A stretch of 64,000 nt of DNA from Rickettsiales bacterium (GCA_044356525.1 JBIKVZ010000002.1:524349-588348); one strand, 5' to 3'. Positions 43,738 to 51,844 are shown, numbered from the stretch's first letter. Notes: generated by a model from the sequence alone, not told the origin. Program-made: numbers and translations.

Positions 43738-43926
43738 TTAGTGCTTAAACCAGGACGCTATTAGCAGAAGAAATAGGCTTATCGCAACACCTATTATTCC
43801 AAAACCGATAGCCCATTGCCAAGCCATGGGTAGCTCCATGAACCACTCCATCGCTTCCCTGTGGTTACTAACCTCAGTTACTGACTGAAGGTATTCCGGC
43901 AGAAATATGACCGTTGCATATACCAT
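43738..43926 (-). CDS. Small hypothetical membrane protein (62 aa)
   Basis: ATG 2 bp after the glmU stop; one C-terminal TM helix. Confidence 0.45.
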   Translation of the reverse strand: MVYATVIFLPEYLQSVTEVSNHREAMEWFMELPMAWQWAIGFGIIGVAISLFLLLIASWFKH

Positions 43927-43928
43927 GT

Positions 43929-45287
43929 TTATTTTTTCTTTTTAGGTTTTGATTTTCGCAACGCCTTAGCGCGACCCACCACATTCTTCTGTGGCATGGC
44001 ATTAATAGCAAGGCCACCGGCTGGGACATCCTTCAATATAGTGCTGCCCGCACCCGTGATAGCCCCCTTACCCACTTTGACCGGAGCCACAAGGCTAGTG
44101 TTCGAGCCAATGAAGGCATCTTCGCCGATAACCGTTTTGTGCTTATTCACACCGTCGTAATTGCAGGTGATAGTGCCCGCACCGATATTACTGTTCGCGC
44201 CCACATCGGCATCCCCCACATAAGAGAGGTGATTGATTTTAGCACCTTTGCCGATTTTGGATTTTTTGATTTCAACAAAATTGCCGATATGCGCCCCCTC
44301 GCCAATTTCAGCACCGGGGCGGATGCGCGCATAGGGGCCAACAATAGCGCCTTGCTTGATAACGGCTTGGTCGATGTGGCTGAAGGATTTTATTTCGACA
44401 TTGTCTTCCACCTTCACGCCATCGCCAAAGACGACATATGGATGAATGGTAACGTCCTTACCAATTTTCGTATCATGACGCAGGTGAATGGTTTCTGCGC
44501 TAATGAGCGTTGCACCGCCAAGCATTGCCACTTCACGCAGGCGTTGTTGAACAATGGATTCACCCACCGCCAGCTCGGCACGGTTGTTGATACCCATCAC
44601 CTCTAGTTCACCCGCCTCGGTTACAACGCAGCTATAACCCTGCACGCGAGCAATCTTAACAAGGTCCGTTAAGTAATATTCGCCCTTACTGTTATCGTTC
44701 TTCACATGCGACAAGAGCGTACCCAAGAGTTCAGATCGCACAGCCATGACGCCGGAGTTGCATAAGGTAATAGCGCGCTCTACTTCATTCGCTTCTTTAT
44801 ATTCCACGATGGCGTTCAGCATGCCAAAGTCGCCCAGCACCAAGCGGCCATACTCACCCGCATCCGCAGGTGTGAAACCTAGCACCGCAAGTGCGGCATG
44901 TGATTCTTTTTGTACGGCATCAATCATGCGCTGCAAGGTGCTAATGCTGATAAACGGCGTATCGCCATATAAAATGAATGTGATGCCGGATTTGCCCATG
45001 TGCTTTAAGGCAGACTTTACGGCATCGGCTGTGCCGAGCTGCTTTTGCTGAATGGCAATTTTTGCTTTCGGCAGGCAGCGCGCCACTTCGGCCTCCACCG
45101 CCTTCATGCCGTTTGCCAGCACCACTGACGTATTCACGGCCTTGAGTGACTTCACCGTTTCAAGCACATAGGCCAGCATGCTGCGGCCTGCAATTTCGTG
45201 CAGCACTTTCTCGCGCACGGATTTCATGCGCGTGCCTTTGCCCGCCGCAAGGATAATTGCCTGAATGGGAAGCGATGTTTTTGCCAT
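43929..45287 (-). CDS. glmU: Bifunctional UDP-GlcNAc pyrophosphorylase / glucosamine-1-phosphate acetyltransferase
   Basis: ILAAGKGTRMKS, QLGTADAV, LYGDTP, GEYYLTD, GNFVEIK, HLSYVGD, GAGTITCNYDG. Confidence 0.97.
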   Translation of the reverse strand: MAKTSLPIQAIILAAGKGTRMKSVREKVLHEIAGRSMLAYVLETVKSLKAVNTSVVLANGMKAVEAEVARCLPKAKIAIQQKQLGTADAVKSALKHMGKSGITFILYGDTPFISISTLQRMIDAVQKESHAALAVLGFTPADAGEYGRLVLGDFGMLNAIVEYKEANEVERAITLCNSGVMAVRSELLGTLLSHVKNDNSKGEYYLTDLVKIARVQGYSCVVTEAGELEVMGINNRAELAVGESIVQQRLREVAMLGGATLISAETIHLRHDTKIGKDVTIHPYVVFGDGVKVEDNVEIKSFSHIDQAVIKQGAIVGPYARIRPGAEIGEGAHIGNFVEIKKSKIGKGAKINHLSYVGDADVGANSNIGAGTITCNYDGVNKHKTVIGEDAFIGSNTSLVAPVKVGKGAITGAGSTILKDVPAGGLAINAMPQKNVVGRAKALRKSKPKKKK

Positions 45288-45379
45288 AGTAAATAATGAA
45301 TAAAACCGGTTGAGGTCTGGGTGGCAAGAGCATATGTTCATGGCAGCGAATTGCCAACATATATTTGTTAGTCGTGCAC

Positions 45380-46660
45380 ATGGAACTTTTTGCCGCCGTT
45401 ATTCTTTCTGCCGTTTTCGCCGGAGCCCTTGGCTTCATGGTGGGGCAGCGCCGCACCGAAAAAAAGGCGCACGCGCTGGAAATTAAGCTGGCCGAAGAAA
45501 CTCAGATAAAAGAAGCTATTCAGCGCGACTTTACCGCCGCCGCTGCTGAAGGCAAAGACGCACGCGAAAAACGCGACCTGCTGGCCGAAGAAGCCGCAGC
45601 TTTAAAAGCGCGCTGCGCCACGCTGGAGGAAAACCTGCCTTCGCAGTTTGAAAACCTTGCCAACAAGGTGCTTGAACAAAGCAGCCAAAAACTTTCCAAA
45701 ACATCGGAAGAAAATCTGGGGCAGATTTTAAACCCCTTGAAAGACCGCCTCGCAGAATTCCAGAAGAAGGTGGATGATACTTACAACGCAGAAGCCCGCG
45801 AACGTTTTGCATTAAAAAATGAAATCGAAAAAATTGTGAATACGAATGAGAGCTTAACCACGGCTTTGCGCGGCAGCAGCAAGGCGCAAGGCAACTGGGG
45901 TGAATATATCCTGACCAAGCTACTGGAAGATTCTGGCCTGCGCGAAGGTGAGCAATTCACCACCCAAGGCCGTGACCTGAAAATAAAAGGTGCGGACGGC
46001 CAACACTTGCAGCCAGATGTTATTTTGAACCTGCCAGATAGCAAGCATCTCGTTATCGATTCCAAAGTCTCGCTTACGCACTATGAACAATTTATGAATG
46101 CCGAAAGTGACGGCGACAAAAAACAGGCGTTGGATTTATTCCTGAACTCGGTGCGCACGCATGTGAAGGGGCTCGCAGAAAAAGATTACGCCTCTGCCGA
46201 ACGCATCAGCTCACCAGACTTTGTTTTCCTGTTTATGCCGATTGAAGGTGCACACTCACTGGCGCTGCAATCGGATGGTGAGTTATTTAACTTCGCATGG
46301 GAAAAAAGAATCGTGCTTGTTTCGCCAACCACACTCATGGCTTCGCTGCGCACCGTTGCTTCGCTGTGGAAAATGGAAAAACAAAATCGCAACACGCTGG
46401 AAATCGCACGCCAAGGCGGCGCGCTGTATGACAAATTTGTTGGCTTTGTTGAAAGCATGGAAAATATTGGCCTGCATCTTGGCCGCTCACAAAAAGCATA
46501 TGACGATGCCTACGGCAAATTGAAGGATGGCCGAGGAAATTTAATCACCAGTTCCGAAAAATTACGCGAATTAGGTGCAAAGACCAGCAAGTCTATTCCC
46601 GAAAAACTGCTCTCGGAGACCGATGAAACCGAGAAAAAAGCCTTAGAAAATTCCTCTTAA
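45380..46660 (+). CDS. rmuC: DNA recombination protein RmuC
   Basis: N-terminal TM plus coiled coil, QGNWGE, QPDVILNLP...IDSKVSL, DFVFLFMPIE, SPTTLM, LYDKF. Confidence 0.93.
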   Translation: MELFAAVILSAVFAGALGFMVGQRRTEKKAHALEIKLAEETQIKEAIQRDFTAAAAEGKDAREKRDLLAEEAAALKARCATLEENLPSQFENLANKVLEQSSQKLSKTSEENLGQILNPLKDRLAEFQKKVDDTYNAEARERFALKNEIEKIVNTNESLTTALRGSSKAQGNWGEYILTKLLEDSGLREGEQFTTQGRDLKIKGADGQHLQPDVILNLPDSKHLVIDSKVSLTHYEQFMNAESDGDKKQALDLFLNSVRTHVKGLAEKDYASAERISSPDFVFLFMPIEGAHSLALQSDGELFNFAWEKRIVLVSPTTLMASLRTVASLWKMEKQNRNTLEIARQGGALYDKFVGFVESMENIGLHLGRSQKAYDDAYGKLKDGRGNLITSSEKLRELGAKTSKSIPEKLLSETDETEKKALENSS

Positions 46661-46711
46661 GGCATTGATTTTTCAATTTTATATTTATTTGCAATAAAAT
46701 TAGTTAAAATC

Positions 46712-46744
46712 TTAGCTAATTTTTAACCACTCCAGTTGCATAAT
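46712..46744 (+). promoter_or_regulatory. Putative CtrA-type promoter
   Basis: TTAG-CTAATTT-TTAAC (one mismatch) at 46712-46727, then CATAAT at 46739-46744; spacing matches CtrA-activated promoters. Confidence 0.45.
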
Positions 46745-46913
46745 TACAACATCACTTGTTTCTTGTTCCGTAGGACAAATTGCTAATGTCCACCGGGACA
46801 AGCAAACTACGGACAGGTTCAACGTGATGTATCTGTCCCTGACACTGCCCAAAGTACCCCAAACCAAATTTATAAGGGGGAAACGGGCTCTACACCTCAG
46901 AAAGGGTGTTGCA

Positions 46914-47213
46914 ATGGCGAAGACTCTGGCTGACTTTCAGAACGACGTGCGCAAGAATGTGGCGGCCGCGGTCCAGACGGTGATCGACGAAATCGGTGAC
47001 CTGAAGGCCAAGGACTTCCACTCGGTCGAAGGCCTCAACCGCTACCTCGACCGTCTGGCCAAGTTCGTCGAGATCCTCAACACGGGCACCGACGTCCACG
47101 TCCGCCTGCAAGACGACGGCCACCAGCCCAGCAACTGCGGGCGTCGTCACTACGAGACCCACGCGGCGATCGAGCTTCCGGCGACGGAAGCGAAGACCGG
47201 CGCGGCGAGCTAA
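46914..47213 (+). CDS. Orphan hypothetical protein (99 aa) with GC-rich codon usage
   Basis: SD-like AGAAAGGG before ATG 46914; strong third-position G/C bias (all Lys AAG, all Ile ATC); own promoter and terminator. Confidence 0.75.
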   Translation: MAKTLADFQNDVRKNVAAAVQTVIDEIGDLKAKDFHSVEGLNRYLDRLAKFVEILNTGTDVHVRLQDDGHQPSNCGRRHYETHAAIELPATEAKTGAAS

Positions 47214-47286
47214 GTAGGAAGAGGACCTTGAGTCCAAACCGCGCTGTGCCGTATGCACAGAACCGATTACGCTAACGCGTGATTGG

Positions 47287-47312
47287 GGACCCACCTAACA
47301 AGGTGGGTCTTT
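47287..47312 (+). terminator. Terminator-like hairpin ending the orphan unit
   Basis: GACCCACCT-AACA-AGGTGGGTC followed by TTT; lies between convergent genes. Confidence 0.65.
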
Positions 47313-47323
47313 CGCCATTCCTG

Positions 47324-47767
47324 CTATTCTTTTTTGGCACAGTCACCAAGGCGTTTGCCAACAACGCTGGTAATTGATTTTTCGCTGCCGGAAATGGCCA
47401 CAATCTCAACTTTGTAAGAATCGGCGCTATAGGTCGCTTCCATTTTGCTAGAGGTGCCATCCTTGCAAGAAGATTCCATCACGGATTTTCCATCGTCAGC
47501 ATTAAATTTTATTTTGCAGTCACCGTCATTCGACTCGAAACTGCCTTTATTGCCGTAATTAGTCGCGTACGTGCCAAGCTGGCCACTGGCCTCTTCTGCA
47601 CCCATGCAGCTCGTGGTTTTAAATTCCGTAGGTGCGCCACCAGAGCCTTCAGAGCGCATCACCATTTCCCATTCGCCCGCGCGAAGCATTGCATCTTTCT
47701 CTGCTGCCGCTGCATAAAAAGGAGCCAACGCTATAGCAGAAGCTATAAGCAACCATTTTTGAAACAT
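47324..47767 (-). CDS. Secreted DUF3617-like protein
   Basis: Signal peptide, LRAGEWEM, paired Cys, C-terminal GKRLGDC signature. Confidence 0.75.
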   Translation of the reverse strand: MFQKWLLIASAIALAPFYAAAAEKDAMLRAGEWEMVMRSEGSGGAPTEFKTTSCMGAEEASGQLGTYATNYGNKGSFESNDGDCKIKFNADDGKSVMESSCKDGTSSKMEATYSADSYKVEIVAISGSEKSITSVVGKRLGDCAKKE

Positions 47768-47889
47768 GTAACCTCTCTCTCGGCTGAGGACGTTATCAAA
47801 AATATTTCTAAGAAAAAACTACAGAAATTTATAGGTATTTGTAGGCCAAAAATTGGCTTAATAAACAATCTGACACGACTCTTTTAAAT

Positions 47890-48381
47890 CTACCAACATG
47901 CGGCAGAAATTTTCAGCATCAGGCTGTGGAATGCTGCGCGTGCTAATGCGGTATAGTAAGACAGGCTAACGATAAGATTCGCAATTCTGTCATCACCCAG
48001 CCCCTTACGCAGAGAAATCATTTGGCTCCGGTGTTGCCTTCGCCAGAGCAGCTCCCACCACCCCGTTGTCATCAGGGCGGGTAGCCCTCCCAAATAAAGG
48101 AAAAACATGTTGCTGGCACCGTCGGCAACATTCACATGGTGCGCACAGGCAGCATGACGTTCTGGCTGTTTGGGCGGGTGATCCAGCGACTCAAGGCAGC
48201 TCTCATAATGCATATACTGCTCATGTTGGTGTGTCTGCAAAGTGAAATTAATGGCAACATACCCGCACACCACGGCCAGAAGCAAACGTCCGGTACGTTT
48301 CCAGAGTAATTTTTCCGGTGTGGCGGAAAACACCAACAAAAACGGAAGCACAAAAAATAAGGCGATAAACAAAGTGCTCAT
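47890..48381 (-). CDS. Hypothetical membrane protein
   Basis: 163-aa ORF with 3-4 hydrophobic segments and a loop containing two Cys; no family recognised. Confidence 0.55.
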   Translation of the reverse strand: MSTLFIALFFVLPFLLVFSATPEKLLWKRTGRLLLAVVCGYVAINFTLQTHQHEQYMHYESCLESLDHPPKQPERHAACAHHVNVADGASNMFFLYLGGLPALMTTGWWELLWRRQHRSQMISLRKGLGDDRIANLIVSLSYYTALARAAFHSLMLKISAACW

Positions 48382-48409
48382 TTATTTATTATGAGCAGTA
48401 TTTTTATGA

Positions 48410-48565
48410 ATTGCCAGTGCGGAACTAGAGCCGGGAGCTCTTCAGGCCAATGAGTTGATCGACAGCGAAGTGGGTGGGCAGTATTATGATACTCTGGACA
48501 GCTGGACGACGCGCTTAACTGCTGTCATTCACATAGATGCTAATAAAAGTGGCTACAAAGAATAA
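48410..48565 (+). pseudogene. Possible 3' gene remnant coupled to the next ORF
   Basis: 52-codon open frame (IASAELEPG...SGYKE*) with no canonical start at its 5' end; its TAA directly abuts ATG 48566. Confidence 0.25.
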
Positions 48566-48751
48566 ATGAAAAAAATATTCAAAAAACTTTGGAAACTTAC
48601 CAAGCTAGGGCTGATGCTGCTGGGAGTATTAGTTGTCATACATGTCGCTATTTTGGTCATTCACAACGCCACAAGTAAGCCTACCCCACCACCAGGTGGA
48701 TGGTATCCGCCACAGCCCGGCGATGAAAATTATGTAGAGCCAAAAAAATGA
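48566..48751 (+). CDS. Small single-TM hypothetical protein (61 aa)
   Basis: Basic N-terminus, one TM helix, Pro-rich tail PTPPPGGWYPPQPG. Confidence 0.55.
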   Translation: MKKIFKKLWKLTKLGLMLLGVLVVIHVAILVIHNATSKPTPPPGGWYPPQPGDENYVEPKK

Positions 48752-48783
48752 ATGAATCGATTTTGCGAAAAACGCTTTTTTAA

Positions 48784-48859
48784 TGGCGCACCCGTGAGGA
48801 CTCGAACCTCAAACCTTCTGATCCGTAGTCAGATGCTCTATCCATTGAGCTACGGGTGC
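48784..48859 (-). tRNA. tRNA-Arg(ACG)
   Basis: Minus strand GCACCCG-TAGCTCAATGGATAGAGC-ATCTGACT[ACG]GATCAGA-AGGT-TTGAGGTTCGAGTCCTCA-CGGGTGCG-CCA; 76-nt cloverleaf with encoded CCA. Confidence 0.98.
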
Positions 48860-48930
48860 GTATGAAAAGGAGGCATTTTCCTATAGGAAAAACAGCCCCC
48901 TGTCCAGAGAATTGTGGAAATGCAAAAACG

Positions 48931-49518
48931 CTAGACGGTCTGCCGCAGTTCAAGCGCCGCGGAAAGCGTGCCTTCGTCCATATAATCGAGCTCGCCGCCA
49001 ATCGGCAGGCCGTGCGCCAGCCGCGAGATTTTTATGCCGGAATCCTTCAGGCGGTGGCTGATATAATGGGCCGTCGTCTGCCCGTCTACCGTGGCATTGG
49101 TGGCAATAATGACTTCTTTTACATCGGGCGCCACTGCGCGGCTAATAAGGCTGGGGATGCCCAAGTCTTCTGGCCCCACGCCGTCGAGCGCGGAAAGTGT
49201 GCCGCCCAGCACGTGGTACACGCCTTTAAAAATGCCGCTACGCTCGAAGGCCCATAAATCGGCCACCTCTTCCACCACGCACAGCGAGCTGCGGTCGCGC
49301 GTTGTGTCTTCGCAAATGGCGCAGGGTGAGGTCACATCCAGATTGCCGCACACCGTGCAGGTGCGAATGGTGGCAGCCGTGCGCTCCATCAGCCCCGTCA
49401 TCGGCTGCATGATAGATTCTTTATGCTTCAGCAAGTGCAGCACTGCGCGGCGCGCCGAGCGCGGCCCCATGCCCGGAAGGCGAGAGAAAATTTTTATGAG
49501 GCTTTCGATATCGCTCAT
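48931..49518 (-). CDS. recR: Recombination mediator RecR
   Basis: LPGMGPRSARR, C4 zinc finger, YHVLGG, ATNATVDGQTTA, GGELDYMDEGTL. Confidence 0.97.
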   Translation of the reverse strand: MSDIESLIKIFSRLPGMGPRSARRAVLHLLKHKESIMQPMTGLMERTAATIRTCTVCGNLDVTSPCAICEDTTRDRSSLCVVEEVADLWAFERSGIFKGVYHVLGGTLSALDGVGPEDLGIPSLISRAVAPDVKEVIIATNATVDGQTTAHYISHRLKDSGIKISRLAHGLPIGGELDYMDEGTLSAALELRQTV

Positions 49519-49527
49519 GCCGCGTAA

Positions 49528-49842
49528 TTAGAAAGGCAGCTTAAAGCCAGGTGGCAGGCCGCCCGTGATGGCAGACATTTCATTCTGCATGTTTTCGTCA
49601 GACTTGCGCTTGGCGTCGTTATACGCCGCAATCACCATGTCTTCCAGCGTTTCAATGTCAGATGGGTCTACCACCTTCGCATCAATCTTGAGGCTCTTGG
49701 CTTCGCCTTTACCGTTCATCACGAAGCGCACCAAACCACCGCCAGCGCTGCCTTCGACTTCGGTCTGGCCCGCTTTTTCCTGAATTTCGGCGATTTTCTT
49801 TTGCATGGCCTGAGCCTGCTTCATCATTTGCTGTATGTTCAT
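49528..49842 (-). CDS. ybaB: YbaB/EbfC nucleoid-associated protein
   Basis: MMKQAQAMQ, GSAGGGLV, LEDMVIAAYNDA, PPGFKLPF. Confidence 0.95.
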   Translation of the reverse strand: MNIQQMMKQAQAMQKKIAEIQEKAGQTEVEGSAGGGLVRFVMNGKGEAKSLKIDAKVVDPSDIETLEDMVIAAYNDAKRKSDENMQNEMSAITGGLPPGFKLPF

Positions 49843-49854
49843 AGTACGTCTCCG

Positions 49855-51576
49855 TTATTCCTGTGATGCTGCAGGCGATTGTTCATCGGCCAGTTCAGCA
49901 GAAGAAGTTTCCGGTGCGGCCACTTCTTCGATTTTTAATATGGTTGCGCCGGGGAATGCACCCAACACCGCTTTTACATCGGCATGCTCTGCCGCCAGCG
50001 TCTTACGCTTATCTAATACTTCCTGCTTTTCTTCAACCAGCGTTTTTTTACCCTGCTCATGCGAGAGAATAATCAGCCAGCGTTCGCCCGTCCAACGGCG
50101 CAGATATTCAGCGGCTTTATTCGGCAAATCCTTCGGCGCAGCCGCAGAAAGATGAATTTCCACTTTGGGTGGCTTGAAGTCCACCAGATGCACATCGTTC
50201 TGCAAATAGTTATAGAGGAAGTGCTCGCCCTGCTCGCGGAACAGCTCCACCAGCGCTTTGAAGCTGGTTGGGTTCGGAATGTGCTTTACCGGAATAGGTG
50301 TGGGCGGCACAGCTAACACCGGCGACGGCTGCTCTTGCACCGCAACAGGCTCCACCACACGCGCGGGCGCTTTGTTTTCAAACAAAGATGGCGCAGCGTT
50401 TTCATTTTTATTTTTTTCAATGTCGCGAATCAGATCACCCGGCGGCGGCACATCAGCCACATAGGCAAGGCGCGCGATAACCATTTCGGCCGCCATCAGC
50501 GTGTTATTCGCCAGCTGCGCTTCAGAAACGCCCTTCAGCAGCATCTGCCAGCAACGCGCGAGGTACGGGAAGCCGAGTTTCTCTGAAAGTGCTTTCGCGC
50601 TGTGGCGCTCGCCTTCCGGAATATGCGGGGCCTTAGAAAGCTCAGGCAGAATTTTCACCTGCGTGATGAAATGCGTGATTTCCAGCATGTCCTGCAGCAC
50701 CACCAGCGGGTCTGCACCTGATTGATAAAGCGATTGCAGCGAAAGAATTGCTTCACGCACATTGCCGGATACGAGTTGCTCAAACAGCGTATAGACCTGC
50801 TCGCGGCTGACAAGGCCGAGCATTTTCTGCACTTCGGCGAGCGACACTTTACCCGCCTCTTCGCTGTGGGCAATGGCTTGGTCAAACAACGAAAGCGAGT
50901 CCCTCACCGAGCCTTGCGCAGCAGCGGCAATGTGGAATAGCGCATCGTCATCCACCTTCACGGATTCTTTCACCGCAATGGATTTCAAATGCTGCACCAG
51001 TTGCTCTAATTCCACGCGCGGCAAATCAAAACGCTGGCAGCGGGAAAGAATCGTCACCGGAATTTTGCGCACCTCAGTGGTGGCGAACACAAAAACCACA
51101 TGCGGCGGCGGCTCTTCAAGCGTTTTTAAGAGCGCATTAAATGCCGCTTTAGAAAGCATGTGCACTTCGTCAATAATATAGACTTTATAACGGGCAGAAG
51201 ACGGGGCATAACGCACCGTATCGATGATTTCGCGGATGTCACCCACACCGGTGCGGCTGGCGGCGTCCATCTCGAGCACATCCACATGGCGACTTTCGGT
51301 GATGGCAACGCACTGATCGCACACGCCGCAGGGGTCTGCCGTCATGTTTCCTTTGCCGTCTGCGCCCACGCAATTTAATGCCTTGGCAATGATGCGTGCC
51401 GTGGTGGTTTTACCCACCCCACGGATACCGGTTAACACGAAGGCATGGGCGATGCGGTTGGTGTTGATGGCATTGGTGAGTGTGCGCACCAATACATCCT
51501 GCCCAATCAGCTCACTAAACGTGGCGGGGCGATATTTGCGGGCGAGAACGCGGTATGTGCTTTTTGTATCTGACAT
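49855..51576 (-). CDS. dnaX: DNA polymerase III subunit gamma/tau
   Basis: YRVLARKYRP, GIRGVGKTT, EMDAAS, IDEVHMLS, TILSRCQRF, GSVRD. Confidence 0.97.
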   Translation of the reverse strand: MSDTKSTYRVLARKYRPATFSELIGQDVLVRTLTNAINTNRIAHAFVLTGIRGVGKTTTARIIAKALNCVGADGKGNMTADPCGVCDQCVAITESRHVDVLEMDAASRTGVGDIREIIDTVRYAPSSARYKVYIIDEVHMLSKAAFNALLKTLEEPPPHVVFVFATTEVRKIPVTILSRCQRFDLPRVELEQLVQHLKSIAVKESVKVDDDALFHIAAAAQGSVRDSLSLFDQAIAHSEEAGKVSLAEVQKMLGLVSREQVYTLFEQLVSGNVREAILSLQSLYQSGADPLVVLQDMLEITHFITQVKILPELSKAPHIPEGERHSAKALSEKLGFPYLARCWQMLLKGVSEAQLANNTLMAAEMVIARLAYVADVPPPGDLIRDIEKNKNENAAPSLFENKAPARVVEPVAVQEQPSPVLAVPPTPIPVKHIPNPTSFKALVELFREQGEHFLYNYLQNDVHLVDFKPPKVEIHLSAAAPKDLPNKAAEYLRRWTGERWLIILSHEQGKKTLVEEKQEVLDKRKTLAAEHADVKAVLGAFPGATILKIEEVAAPETSSAELADEQSPAASQE

Positions 51577-51673
51577 TTCTATTTTTAAACAGTATGTTAA
51601 GTAAAACTATTAATGCACTACATTGCATTGATTTTTGTTTAAAAATCGCCGCAGAATCCGCACTATAAAGCGA

Positions 51674-51702
51674 ATCATCCGCACGCACAAGAGCGGTGTC
51701 AA
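51674..51702 (-). promoter_or_regulatory. Putative sigma70 promoter for dnaX
   Basis: Minus strand TTGACA-17 bp-GATGAT; GANTC sites at 51672-51676 and 51654-51658. Confidence 0.5.
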
Positions 51703-51750
51703 AAACCGGCCTATTTTTTTGTAAAGGTGGGGGAGAGTTTAAAGAAAGTA

Positions 51751-51844
51751 GGAGACTGGACAACGACCCAGCAAAATTTCGTTACGGCTGCTTGCTTTCG
51801 CACCTGACCGGGTTGGCGAAAACGCTACCCGCCGCCAGTCTCCC
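51751..51844 (-). ncRNA. ffs: Signal recognition particle 4.5S RNA
   Basis: Minus-strand long hairpin GGGAGACTGG...CCAGTCTCC with conserved domain IV GGTCAGGTGC-GAAA-GCAAGCAGCC; usual position upstream of dnaX. Confidence 0.93.

Noticed and set aside
46890-47294. Antisense 134-aa ORF over the orphan gene
   Set aside because: Expected shadow of a GC3-rich gene; the SD, promoter and terminator all favour the plus strand.
46750-47312. tmRNA, RNase P RNA or 6S RNA as the explanation of the structured region
   Set aside because: No tRNA-like acceptor/T-arm with a tag frame, no GAGGAAAGTCC core, and no single long 6S-like rod; an intact ORF with its own SD occupies the centre.
46661-48859. Prophage or integrative element at tRNA-Arg
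   Set aside because: I found no duplicate of the tRNA 3' end and no integrase or phage gene.
48780-49001. 73-aa minus-strand ORF
   Set aside because: It runs through the tRNA-Arg gene and overlaps recR; spurious.
51585-51613. CtrA boxes just upstream of dnaX
   Set aside because: The TTAA half-sites are spaced by 8 and 9 bp, not 7.
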